Shown here: piece by piece, positions 30,139-39,570 of the stretch
Position numbering within the stretch: position 1 is the stretch's first letter
How the letters are laid out: every line of letters starts with the position of its first letter
Assembly: GCA_049975485.1 (NCBI GenBank)
Contig: JBNGDC010000004.1
Coordinates: 59,636 to 123,635, forward strand
Reading direction: 5' to 3'
DNA length: 64,000 bases
Source of the DNA: Phycisphaerae bacterium
Lineage (GTDB): Bacteria > Planctomycetota > Phycisphaerae > SM23-33
Notes under the pieces: model-generated
Told to the model about the DNA's origin: nothing
Seen by the model: the letters and a program-made list of their open reading frames with translations, nothing else
Databases searched by the model: none
Translations under genes and position numbers: made by a program

Positions 30139-31583
30139 GAGCTTCCCTCACTGGCTTGGGCCGACGCACCGGCGGGGTTGGTCACCCGCCCCATGAACAG
30201 CACCGCGCCGCTGGAGCGGTGGCGGATGAGGAACATGAACGGCCTGTCCGCCCGGAAGACCTTCGGCTCTTCCGTGGGAGCGGCCGCCCGGGCCATTACG
30301 ACGGCCGTCGCGGCGGCGGCTTCGGTGCCTTTCTCGTCCACGGCGACGAACGCCTTGTGAATGACAGCCGATATGAACAGCTTCTCCGCCGTCGTCATGC
30401 CGGAGAAGTCCGCGTTGCCGGTGAACGCAGTGGGCATACCCATGGCCGAGAGCATCTCCGCCAGCGAAAACTCACTGGTGAACTCCCACTTCGGCAGTGT
30501 GACGTGCACCCGTTGGGGCCGGAGCATGCCCAGCCATTGGTCAAGCTTTCCGCGGCTCAACTCGCTTTCCACATCGTCAAGCCCATCAACTTCGCGCGGC
30601 AGTATGACCACCATGTCCAGCTCGTTGGCCTCATACGGCATCGAGAGCACTTGCAGCCGGTCGGTCTCGGCGTAGCCGAAGTGGTCTATCTGGTTCATCA
30701 TCTCGGCGGTGACCGTCTGGTCGGCGCTGACGTGAAACTCGCCGTCGGCCGTGGCGTGCTCGCTGAACTGCTCGGCCCAGTTGCTCTTGAAGTAGATGGC
30801 GTTGGTCAGCACCAGCACGGTGTCGCGGTCAACAACCCCGCGGGCGAGCAGGTCCTTGATCCTTTCATTGGTCTTCTCTTCGACCCACTCGTTGATACGC
30901 TGTCGTGCCGCTTCCGGCTGGGAGTAATCAAGCTGCTCCAGCACGGCCTTGTATTGGTCACGGACCAGTTGCACGTAAGCTTCCTCGAACGGGTACCCCG
31001 CCTGGGGCCAAAGGGCGTTGGCAACATGGAGCTGGTAGGCGGGCCTTTCGGTCCACTCGGTCCGGCCGTCGATGCGCTCGGGCACTCGTACCGTGGCGGG
31101 GTCGTTCAGCTCGGTTATGAACTCCGCATAGTCCGCATGGATGGCGGCACCCGGGATGTGGAGAACGTCCTCCATCTCCGTTGCCGTTTCGCCACGGGCG
31201 CCGGCGTACGTCATCGAAAGGGCGGTGTGGATGCTCGTCGGCGAGAAGAAAATGTTGCCGTCGGCCTGTTCAGCCAAACGCTGGTACATGTCCACGGCAA
31301 AGGCGTTCGTGGCGTTGGCTACCGTGACCTCCTCCGCGTCGTCCGTAGCCGGCTCTACGGCGGACGGCTCCGTTGGCTCCGGCTCGGCCGGCAGCGGTTC
31401 GGGCGAATCGGCCGGCTGGTCCTGTGGCGTAACGTCGGCCGACTGGTCGGCCGGACCGTTCTGCTCGTCAGGTTCTGCTTCCTGCGACTGGCCTTGGGTC
31501 GTATCAGCGGGTTCTTCGGCATTGCCGCCGCAGCCGATTGCGGCGATCAGTGCAAGTGCCACTAAGAGGGTTCGCGTGTTCAT
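30135..31583 (-). CDS. serpin family lipoprotein (serine protease inhibitor), inhibitory-type hinge
   Basis: FSPTSIHTALSMTYAGARGETATEM and NAIYFKSNW are serpin core blocks. The reactive-centre loop EKGTEAAAATAVVMARAA has the inhibitory hinge (P15 Gly, P14 Thr, Ala-rich P12-P9). C-terminal FMFLIRH. Lipoprotein signal AAIGCGG. Confidence 0.9.
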   Translation of the reverse strand: MNTRTLLVALALIAAIGCGGNAEEPADTTQGQSQEAEPDEQNGPADQSADVTPQDQPADSPEPLPAEPEPTEPSAVEPATDDAEEVTVANATNAFAVDMYQRLAEQADGNIFFSPTSIHTALSMTYAGARGETATEMEDVLHIPGAAIHADYAEFITELNDPATVRVPERIDGRTEWTERPAYQLHVANALWPQAGYPFEEAYVQLVRDQYKAVLEQLDYSQPEAARQRINEWVEEKTNERIKDLLARGVVDRDTVLVLTNAIYFKSNWAEQFSEHATADGEFHVSADQTVTAEMMNQIDHFGYAETDRLQVLSMPYEANELDMVVILPREVDGLDDVESELSRGKLDQWLGMLRPQRVHVTLPKWEFTSEFSLAEMLSAMGMPTAFTGNADFSGMTTAEKLFISAVIHKAFVAVDEKGTEAAAATAVVMARAAAPTEEPKVFRADRPFMFLIRHRSSGAVLFMGRVTNPAGASAQASEGSS

Positions 31584-31741
31584 GGTTGTCTCCTTGGGCA
31601 GTTCGGACAGTGAACATTGGTTTTAGACACGTCCCACATTCATATGTTCCACGAATTCTATGCCTTCGGCAACAAGCGGATGTAAATGCCGGGCGTCGGT
31701 TTAGTGTGCAGCACAAAGCCGGCTTTGTTACCATCCCGCCT

Positions 31742-33169
31742 ATGAGTACCTACACGATTACAGATTACGGAGCCGTCGCGGACACAACCGTTAACAGTGC
31801 GTCGGCCATTCAGGCGGCCGTGGATGCGGCCGAGGCCGCCGGCGGCGGGACCGTGGTTGTTCCCGCGGGCATGAGCTTCATGACCGGTTCGTTCCGGCTC
31901 GCCGGCGGCGTAACGCTGCATCTGGAGCCGGGATCGGTGCTGCTTGCTTCGCCGGACATAGCGGATTATTCGCAGGTGGATGAGTCGCTAGCCCGGCCGA
32001 CGTCGCAGACCGACACCGAGACGGTAACCCCGGAAAAGAGCCATTTCTGGATATACGCCGCCGACGCCGCCGACGTAGCCGTCACCGGGACCGGCACGCT
32101 GGACGGCAACGCCGACGCCTTCGTGGCGGAGAAGCGCAAGAAAAACTGGGTCGCTTCCAACCCGCGGGCCAGGGGGCTTTCGTTTTTCCGCTGCCTACGT
32201 GTGCACGTCCGTGATATCACCATCCGCAACACGGCGAGCTGGGCGCTGCATCCCTGCGGCTGTGACGACGTGCTCATCGACGGCATCACCATCGACAACT
32301 CACTGAAGCTGGTCAACACCGACGGTATAGACCCCGATTGCAGCCGTAATGTGCGGATAAGCAACTGCCGCATCTCCACCGGCGACGACGGAATCGTCAT
32401 AAAGGCCTGCCGCGAGTGGTCTCACCTCGGCCCGTGCGAGAACATCACCGTCACCAACTGTATCGTCCGCTCGACCTGCACCGCCATCAAGATCGGCACC
32501 GAGACGCACGCAGACATCCGCAACGTAACGGTGAGCAACTGCGTCATCCACGACAGCAGCAGGGGGCTTGCGATAGACGGCCGGGACGCCGGCGTGACGG
32601 AGAACGTGCTGTTCAGCGACATCATCATCGGCACGCGGCTGTTCGACCCGGTGTGGTGGAGCAAGTCCGAGCCGATCTATATCGCCACGCTTCCGAGGCC
32701 TAAGGGCGATATTCCGCCGGGACCGTTGCGGAACGTCCGCTTTCGCAACATCCTCTGCCGCGGCGAAAACGGCGTTTACGTCCACGGCTGGGACGCCAAC
32801 AGGCCGGAGAACATCGTGTTCGACAATGTGCGCGTGGAGATAGGCAGTTGGACGCGCTGGGAAGGCGGCACATACGACCCCCGCCCCACGCCGCCGGACC
32901 TGGCGCCGGCCGGCAGCACCGGCTTCCGTGAGCAGACGCCTTGGGGTTCCCTGGCCGAGCACCGCAACGCCGGTTTCTTCCTGCAGGGGTTAAGGAACGT
33001 GACACTTCGTGACTGCGAGGTGCACTGGCTTCAGGAGCCGGGGCGGCGGAGCGAGTGGTTCAGCCACGCCGTCGAGGCCCATGACGTAGCCGGTCTGAAG
33101 CTGGAGAACTTCTCCAGCCGGGCCGCCCATGACGGGGAAGAGGCCGTCCTCGCCGAAAACTGCACATAA
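31742..33169 (+). CDS. glycoside hydrolase family 28-like (pectin-lyase fold), cytoplasmic
   Basis: ITDYGAVADTT start, LVNTDGIDPD and TGDDGIVIK motifs. Paralog of the 22546 gene. Start at 31742 (the ORF opens at 31538). Confidence 0.75.
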   Translation: MSTYTITDYGAVADTTVNSASAIQAAVDAAEAAGGGTVVVPAGMSFMTGSFRLAGGVTLHLEPGSVLLASPDIADYSQVDESLARPTSQTDTETVTPEKSHFWIYAADAADVAVTGTGTLDGNADAFVAEKRKKNWVASNPRARGLSFFRCLRVHVRDITIRNTASWALHPCGCDDVLIDGITIDNSLKLVNTDGIDPDCSRNVRISNCRISTGDDGIVIKACREWSHLGPCENITVTNCIVRSTCTAIKIGTETHADIRNVTVSNCVIHDSSRGLAIDGRDAGVTENVLFSDIIIGTRLFDPVWWSKSEPIYIATLPRPKGDIPPGPLRNVRFRNILCRGENGVYVHGWDANRPENIVFDNVRVEIGSWTRWEGGTYDPRPTPPDLAPAGSTGFREQTPWGSLAEHRNAGFFLQGLRNVTLRDCEVHWLQEPGRRSEWFSHAVEAHDVAGLKLENFSSRAAHDGEEAVLAENCT

Positions 33170-33262
33170 AAGCCATCCGTAGGCGCAGAAAAACAGGCGG
33201 CACCGCTGTTACGCGGCGCCGCCCGTTCTGTTGCGGCCTTTGCGGAAGCTCCGATATTGACA

Positions 33263-35284
33263 CTAACGTCTGCGGCGGATCAGCACACCCACACCGCCAA
33301 AGGCCAACAGGGCCAGCGTAACGGGTTCGGGGACCATATCCACATACATTGGTGTGGCGTACCACATCATGCCATCGTCGTCGTAGGCCACCGCGTTGAA
33401 CATGTACTCTCCGGCCTCATCGGCGGTGAAGGGCATGCTCCAGCCGTCGCTGCCGTCGGTGTCCTCGCCGATGAGCACGTCCTGGTTGAAGAACCGTACC
33501 AGTTCCACCGTACCGTCCGGGTCGCTGGCATCAACCTGCAGGTCTATCTCCAGGTCCGGATGGTCCGGCAGCTCGTAGGCATCCTTGTAGTTGGCCATGG
33601 TGTAGTTGGTCAGCTCAAGGAACGGCGGCAGGTTGGCGATGGTGGAGGGGTTCTGCGAGGTGGAACCGCCGACGGTGTTGCCGGACGCTGTTATCCAGTC
33701 GTTGTACTCGAGGTTGGTCCCGATGATGTTGCTGAGGATCTCGAAATCGATTCCCTCGATGGTCGCGGCGGCCCGGATTTGCCCGGCCACGTCGTTATCC
33801 ACGACGCTGACGTACTGGGCCGACGCCGCTCCGTTGTTGGTGTCCGCCAGCACCAGGATGTTCTGGCCGGAACCCACACCGCCGCGGTCCTCCAGCGTGT
33901 TGCCGGAGATCTCCACGTCCCGAATATCCCACATCTTGTAGATACCGATGTAGGAGTTACCGGTATTGTTGCGGATAACCAGCCCGTCCACGCGGGTATA
34001 GGCGCAGCAGCCCTGCGTGAGAATGCCTTCGCCGTCCACGGAGTAATACGGTCCGCCGTTGATGGCGCCGCGATAGACCGTGTAGTCGTTGTCCTCGATG
34101 AGAAGCTGAGTGCCGATGAAGTCGATCCCGCGGTTCTCGAAGGTCTGTGCGTTCTGCGGCGAGCGGTAGCCGGTCGGGTCGATCCAGTAGTCCTTGCCCG
34201 TTTCGTCGTCGAGTACGTTGCCGGAGATGGTGGTGCCCAGTCCGCCCGTGGACAGCTTCACGCGCGTGGTTGTAAGCACGTAGTTGTCCACCACGTCGAT
34301 GCCCGGACGGAACCGGCTGGGACCTTCCACGGGGTCCACGCCGCCGTCGTTGCGGTTGCCGGACCACGAGCCGCCGCTTCCACGGCCGGCGCTGATGCCG
34401 TAGTGGTCGGTATAGCGAAACAGGGCCTGCTCGCCCGTCAACTCGTAGGTATCGCTTGTGTCGCCGTCACCGTCGAGGTCCAGCCGGTCCTGGACGAGGT
34501 AGCCCGGCTGCTCAAAGTTGTCGCTTGGATCGTCATTCAGGCGGTTGTTGGCGATGAGTATGTTCCGCCAGTTGTTGACGCTGACGTTGTTGGAGAAGCG
34601 ATAAGGGAAACGCTGCCACTCGTGTTGTCCCACGTCCACTTTGGGGACGTTCGGGTCCGGGTCGGTCACGTTGTTCTGCCGTACGCCGAAGACCAGATGG
34701 TTCCTGGCCCGGGAGCTTTTGTCGGAGCTGCCCAGATTGATTCCCGCGCGGTTGATGTCCAGGTTCACCAGCCCCTGGTTGGAGTCGGTCGCCGGGTCCA
34801 TCGAGTAGATGTCCTTGAAGGCCGTGTCGTTCGGCGTTCCGCTGCCGGTGAACGTGGGTTCGTACTTCGGAAAGATCAGGTTCGATGCCGGGTCGTAGCC
34901 GTCCTGCGTGGCGTCGTTGACGCCCCCGGGCGTAGCCCCGCGCATCACTACACCACTTTTGAGGTAAAGGTCCTGGCCGAAATGCCAGTCGCCGCTGCCG
35001 AAGTACACGACGCCACCTCCGGAGGCCGCCGCCGCGTCGCGCGCGGCGTTGAAGGCGGACGTATTGTCCACGTTCGGATCGTTTGCGACGCCGCCGTAAT
35101 CCGCGATGTCGTGGACATTCGACCAGTTGATCTGGTCGGTCCAGTCGTACACGCCGGCGCCGTAGTGCGACGAAACAGGGTTGTCCGTGGGCTGAGCGCC
35201 GGCCTGGGCGCAAATCAGTCCCACCGCCATCAGCGCCGGCAGGACCATGCGCGGTAAGACATATGCTGCTGTTTTGCTGGGCAT
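33263..35284 (-). CDS. PEP-CTERM-anchored right-handed beta-helix protein (pectate-lyase-like fold)
   Basis: Signal peptide MPSKTAAYVLPRMVLPALMAVGLICAQAGAQ. Start 35284 is preceded by AGGAGG. Repeated ...N..G...I.. beta-helix rungs. C-terminal VPEPVTLALLAFGGVGVLIRRRR. Confidence 0.8.
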   Translation of the reverse strand: MPSKTAAYVLPRMVLPALMAVGLICAQAGAQPTDNPVSSHYGAGVYDWTDQINWSNVHDIADYGGVANDPNVDNTSAFNAARDAAAASGGGVVYFGSGDWHFGQDLYLKSGVVMRGATPGGVNDATQDGYDPASNLIFPKYEPTFTGSGTPNDTAFKDIYSMDPATDSNQGLVNLDINRAGINLGSSDKSSRARNHLVFGVRQNNVTDPDPNVPKVDVGQHEWQRFPYRFSNNVSVNNWRNILIANNRLNDDPSDNFEQPGYLVQDRLDLDGDGDTSDTYELTGEQALFRYTDHYGISAGRGSGGSWSGNRNDGGVDPVEGPSRFRPGIDVVDNYVLTTTRVKLSTGGLGTTISGNVLDDETGKDYWIDPTGYRSPQNAQTFENRGIDFIGTQLLIEDNDYTVYRGAINGGPYYSVDGEGILTQGCCAYTRVDGLVIRNNTGNSYIGIYKMWDIRDVEISGNTLEDRGGVGSGQNILVLADTNNGAASAQYVSVVDNDVAGQIRAAATIEGIDFEILSNIIGTNLEYNDWITASGNTVGGSTSQNPSTIANLPPFLELTNYTMANYKDAYELPDHPDLEIDLQVDASDPDGTVELVRFFNQDVLIGEDTDGSDGWSMPFTADEAGEYMFNAVAYDDDGMMWYATPMYVDMVPEPVTLALLAFGGVGVLIRRRR

Positions 35285-35959
35285 TCTGCACCTCCTGGTT
35301 TGAAGAGTAAACGTAGAGTCATGATTCCGGGCGTGAGCTGCCCGGCTGTCGGTCGAAGCATCGGCCTGTGGCTGGGGAGCAGGGGCGTCCATCAGGTGAA
35401 GGCCTTGGGAATACTGCCGCCGCTCGCTCCGGAGACAGCGGTTCCCGTCGCGGCGACTGTATCGCAGCAACCTGAAGGTTGTGAGCTTCAAGAAGCGTTC
35501 TCCTTTGATCGCATCGGCACCGCTGCAGCGGCCGGCCGTCGATGCCGGGCGATACGTTGCGTCCCGGAAGATTTGGGCATCCTTCGTGACGCAGAGCAGT
35601 TTTCACGAGTTGGGCATTCCGAAGAGCACAGAGGGGAGCGGCACCTTGGCGACTTGCCCGCAAGCTGCGAAGGCAACCGTCGCCCGTGAGCGCAAAATTC
35701 GGTTTGCCAACGAAAATTATGCTATGCGCCCTGTCGGACCCAATCAAGGGCAAAGCGGGCACCCGAGCCGTCGCGTCTATAGAGCGCAACAGCGTCTATG
35801 CGGCAAGTATAGGCCAAACTACGACTTGCAAATGTGCTTTTGCTAGAGAAAAACGCACAGGGGCTGTCGGTGGGGTTTGCTTGCCGGCCGAAGCGACTAT
35901 CTCAGGGCCGGCAAAAGCCCTGAATGACCGGTAATTCAGTCGAAATGCGCTTGTTACAT

Positions 35960-35987
35960 TTGCTTCAGACGTTAAAGGGGGTATAAT
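35960..35987 (+). promoter_or_regulatory. candidate sigma-70-like promoter (TTGCTT-16-TATAAT) in an AT-rich island of a 1-kb intergenic region
   Basis: Read directly. A 23-codon ORF with a GGGAGGG ribosome-binding site and the sigma-54 activator gene lie downstream. Confidence 0.25.
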
Positions 35988-36317
35988 AACAAACGCAGCA
36001 GAAGAAGCATCAGGGAGGGTATCACCATGGAGGGACGCGCTGTGGCCGACCGGTTCAGAGCGTCGAGGAGGGTGTCAAAGGATTTGCCCGCGCGGTAGTT
36101 GCGCCTATGTGACGAGCCCGCGAGCGGTCCGGAGTGCACACCGGGGCCCTTCGACGCAGCGATTTGACAGGGCACAGTTTGGTTGCATGGAAGCGTGCAG
36201 GCCCGTGCGTGGGACGGCAGAGCCGTCCACGGGACGCGCAGCGGCATCGGCCGGCTTTTACGTCGTCGATGTCGACCGGGCCAACGGCTTCAGGGGGCAG
36301 GCGGAAAGGAGAAGGAA

Positions 36318-37280
36318 TTGGCCGGAAGTCAGGCCAATGTGTTGTCGGTATCGGCCGACGATCTTGTCGGCCGCAGCCCGGCGATGGAGCAGTTGCGCTC
36401 GGATGTACTGCGGATTGCCCGGCACAACATCAACGTGCTGCTTGAGGGCGAGTCCGGTACGGGCAAGGAGCTGGTGGCGCGGCTGCTGCATGCGAGCGGT
36501 CCCCGGAGTTCCAAGCCATTCGTAGGGGTCAACTGCGCGGCCATTCACGAGTCCCTGCTGGAGAGCGAGCTTTTCGGCCACGAGGCCGGCGCGTTCACCG
36601 GTGCCGCAAAGGCGACATTGGGATTCCTCCGCTGTGCCGACGAAGGCACCGTCCTGCTGGACGAGATCGGCGACATGAGCGAGGCGCTGCAGAGCAAGCT
36701 CCTGCGCGTTCTGGAGCAACGCGAGGTCATACCGGTCGGTTCCACCAAACGCATACCGGTGAACGTGCGCGTAGTGGCGGCCACACACCGCGACCTCCTT
36801 CAAGCCGTCCATGACGGTTCGTTCCGCCGGGACCTCTACTACCGGATAAACGTTGTCCGGTTGTACATTCCCCCGCTGCGCGAGCGACGCGAGGATATAC
36901 CTCCGCTGGCCGAGCGCTTCAGCCGGTCGGTCGCCCGTACTCTTCGGCTGCAGGTCAGGGAAATCTCGCCGGCGGCGATGAAGCTGCTTCAGGAGCACGA
37001 CTGGCCCGGGAACGTCCGCGAGTTGAGCAATGTAATCCAGCGGGCGTACGTGCTCGGAAGCGGCGGCACCATCGGTCCCGACGACCTGCCCGAGCGGCTG
37101 GGCGAGGGCGGACTGACCTGGGAGGCGAGCGACTTTCCCACGCTGGACGAGCAGGTATGCAGCCACGTACGCAACGCACTGTCGCGCGCCGGCGGTGTGC
37201 GGACCAGGGCTGCCGACATGCTGGGAATCGACCGCTCCACGCTGTGGCGCATGATAAAACGCTACGACCTGCGAATCTGA
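36318..37280 (+). CDS. sigma-54-dependent transcriptional activator (AAA+ and Fis-type HTH only; no N-terminal sensory/receiver domain, PspF-like)
   Basis: Walker A GESGTGKE; GAFTGA motif EAGAFTGA; C-terminal HTH AADMLGIDRSTLWRMIKRY. Only ~25 residues precede the AAA+ core. Proposed TTG start at 36318 follows AAGGAGAAGGA. The ORF track opens at 36183. Confidence 0.85.
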   Translation: MAGSQANVLSVSADDLVGRSPAMEQLRSDVLRIARHNINVLLEGESGTGKELVARLLHASGPRSSKPFVGVNCAAIHESLLESELFGHEAGAFTGAAKATLGFLRCADEGTVLLDEIGDMSEALQSKLLRVLEQREVIPVGSTKRIPVNVRVVAATHRDLLQAVHDGSFRRDLYYRINVVRLYIPPLRERREDIPPLAERFSRSVARTLRLQVREISPAAMKLLQEHDWPGNVRELSNVIQRAYVLGSGGTIGPDDLPERLGEGGLTWEASDFPTLDEQVCSHVRNALSRAGGVRTRAADMLGIDRSTLWRMIKRYDLRI

Positions 37281-37304
37281 AACCAACAAGACCGCTTGCT
37301 CATT

Positions 37305-37352
37305 GGCTCCGAGCCGCTGGGAAGGTTTTCAGCAGCGGCCGGGGCCTTTTTT
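37305..37352 (+). terminator. possible intrinsic terminator after sigma-54 activator gene
   Basis: GCCGCTG...CAGCGGC stem (37313-37339), then a T6 run at 37347-37352. Confidence 0.3.
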
Positions 37353-37742
37353 CTGTGAGTTCGCGAAGGGCGTTGGACAACGCAACCATCCATTGCGAAG
37401 TGCATCGTTGCGTGTCTGGACGCATGAGAACAGGCCGACTCGATGGTCGGGGCTTTGGGGGTGTTGACAAGTGCCACATGCCGTCGTTCGTGCAGTCCGC
37501 AGTCGCCTCCGGGGCCTGCCACGTAAAATGTGTTGTGCAAGCAGTTTGTGGAAATAGCTGCCTTGGTTCTGCTTCTGGCATACACGTTGCTCCTATAGTG
37601 TCATAGGCGCTGAGGCGCCTGCTCGAAGTGTGCGTCGCGGAAGCGGACGCAGTTCGGCTAAGCCAATTGGAAAACGGACATGAAGCCGGCTCCGCTGCGT
37701 CCGTTTCCGCCGACGCCACCGGCTCGATGAAACAAAAGCTCG

Positions 37743-38207
37743 TTGTCAGAGGAAACAGGCATGGCCCTGGGAGAGAATGAGTCTGGCGGTTTGCTCGCTG
37801 TGGAGCGCTCAAGGCCGGACGCTGAGAGACTCGACCAATGTTTGCAGAAGGTCGGCATAGAGGCGTCGTTGGCATGGTCCTCCGAGCAGGCCGTGCAGTT
37901 TTTAAGGAACCGGTTGTTCGACGGGGCGATCGCAGCGGTCGAGGTTCGGTATGGAGCCGAACCCCTGCTTGCGGCGCTGTCGCGCCTTCTGTCGTCCGGG
38001 CGGGTCATAGGAATAGGCCCGAGCGGCGATTTGCAGATGGAGCGGCAAGCGCGGCTGGCGGGGGTGGCTGCGTACCTGACGCGTCCTTTGTCTCCAGTGG
38101 CGCTGAAACACGCTCTCCAGCGCTGCCTCGCGGAGCCGCTCGCTCAATCTCCTCAGCCCTCGTCGCTTCGTCGATCGTACCCGTCGAACACTGGTTCACG
38201 TTTGTAG
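37743..38207 (+). CDS. degenerate receiver-like protein (CheY fold signature without phospho-acceptor Asp)
   Basis: LLAVE / AIAAVEV / VIGIG / YLTRP pattern parallels receiver beta-strands. The Asp pocket residues and the conserved Lys (replaced by R) are absent. Coding status uncertain. Confidence 0.35.
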   Translation: MSEETGMALGENESGGLLAVERSRPDAERLDQCLQKVGIEASLAWSSEQAVQFLRNRLFDGAIAAVEVRYGAEPLLAALSRLLSSGRVIGIGPSGDLQMERQARLAGVAAYLTRPLSPVALKHALQRCLAEPLAQSPQPSSLRRSYPSNTGSRL

Positions 38208-38546
38208 CAGGTTATGCGGCGGTCGATAACCGCCGAAGACAACTGAATAGCACGCGGTCACTGAAGTGGAAGTGAAAACCGGGCGGCACCATCGGCAAAT
38301 GCATCGTCGCCGAAAAGACGACGCTTGGGCTTAACGCTGCTGAAGGCGTTGCCCTCGCCCTTCGCCAAGGAACAGGAGGAGAGAGGCGCTCGGAACACCG
38401 CGGTGCGGTCCACCGCTCGAAGCACCCGCGACCGCCCGACGGACGGTGACCCGCCCTTTACCGGCCCGGCCGATAAATCGACCGGGCCGCACTTTTGCGC
38501 CGCGCAGAGGCGCCGACATTGGGCGCGCGGGCGCCTTTCCCATAGA

Positions 38547-39347
38547 ATGTGCGCGGCGGACATGACTCTCGATATCGGCGACATTCTGAACGGCTGGCCT
38601 TACGAGCCCGAGCAATTGTCCGTGCGGCGCATCCGCGGCGACGACGGGCGCGAGAAGATACAGGTCCGTCTGGACCTGGGACTCCTTCAGATGGAGACCA
38701 CCGGCCGCCCGGACGGCGAACGACCCCACGGGCACGAAAGCCTGCTGGACTACCACGAGCATCGGCTGCGACGTCACAAGGCCGCACATGGAACCGACCG
38801 CGGCTTCGACCTGGACGAGGAGGCCTGCGAGCAGCTCCGCGCCGAGGGGGTCATGTACTACCACCGCTACATCGCCGAGTATGTGCTGGAGGATTTCGAG
38901 GCCGTCGAGCGCGACGCAACCCGCAACCTGCGCCTGTTGGACTTCTGCCGGGCACACGCCCGCCGCGAGGCCGACCGCTACGCCCTGGAGCAGTATCGCC
39001 CTTACATACTGATGATGTGCACACGGGCCAGGGCGCGACTGGCGCTCGGCGAGGACCGCCCCAAGACGGCGCTGCAGATTATCCGGCGGGGGATCGCCGA
39101 TATACGTGAGTTCGTGGCGGAGTTCGCCGACGACGAGGTCGGCGAAGCCGGCGCCGAGAGGGAAATAGCAATTCTCAAGGCACTGGCCGGCGAAATCGAG
39201 GAGGGAATGCCGCCCGACCCGCTGGAGAAGCTTCGCAAGGAGCTTAGCCGGGCAGTCAGCGAGGAACGCTACGAGGACGCCGCCAGCATCCGCAACCGGC
39301 TGGACCGCCTCGCCCGTGGCGACGGACAGGGCCATGAAGGCGGCTGA
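38547..39347 (+). CDS. hypothetical protein with C-terminal UVR (UvrB/UvrC-type) motif
   Basis: C-terminal LRKELSRAVSEERYEDAASIRNRLDRL matches the UVR domain pattern. Start at 38547 or 38562; the ORF track opens at 38325. Confidence 0.5.
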   Translation: MCAADMTLDIGDILNGWPYEPEQLSVRRIRGDDGREKIQVRLDLGLLQMETTGRPDGERPHGHESLLDYHEHRLRRHKAAHGTDRGFDLDEEACEQLRAEGVMYYHRYIAEYVLEDFEAVERDATRNLRLLDFCRAHARREADRYALEQYRPYILMMCTRARARLALGEDRPKTALQIIRRGIADIREFVAEFADDEVGEAGAEREIAILKALAGEIEEGMPPDPLEKLRKELSRAVSEERYEDAASIRNRLDRLARGDGQGHEGG

Positions 39348-39389
39348 ATCGCTTCCATAATTCCCGTGGGGCTGCTATGATGAAAAAAG

Positions 39390-39490
39390 TGTCCGCTAGG
39401 GGCGTCCCGGACAGCGACACAGCCCGGGACTGAGAAGACCCTCGGAACCTGATCAACGAGTCCCCTCGGGGGCGAGTTGCGGAGGAAAGC
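39390..39490 (+). promoter_or_regulatory. TPP (thi-box) riboswitch upstream of thiC
   Basis: GCUAGGGGCGUCC...CUGAGA...ACCCUCGGAACCUGAUC...GGGGGCGAG contains the conserved CUGAGA and ACCUGAUC elements of THI elements. It sits 80-180 nt upstream of the thiC start. Confidence 0.6.
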
Positions 39491-39570
39491 GGACGGTGGA
39501 CTCGCCTCCGTCGCCCGGTTTTACCTCCCGCTCGAACCTCCGAAGGTGCTGCCCCGCACCGGAGATAGTC

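Noticed and set aside
36163-36195. GGGCACagtttgGTTGCAT as a sigma-54 -24/-12 promoter
   Set aside because: The GG to GC spacing is 14 nt rather than the required 12. It also lies inside the probable 5' region of the activator's own gene.
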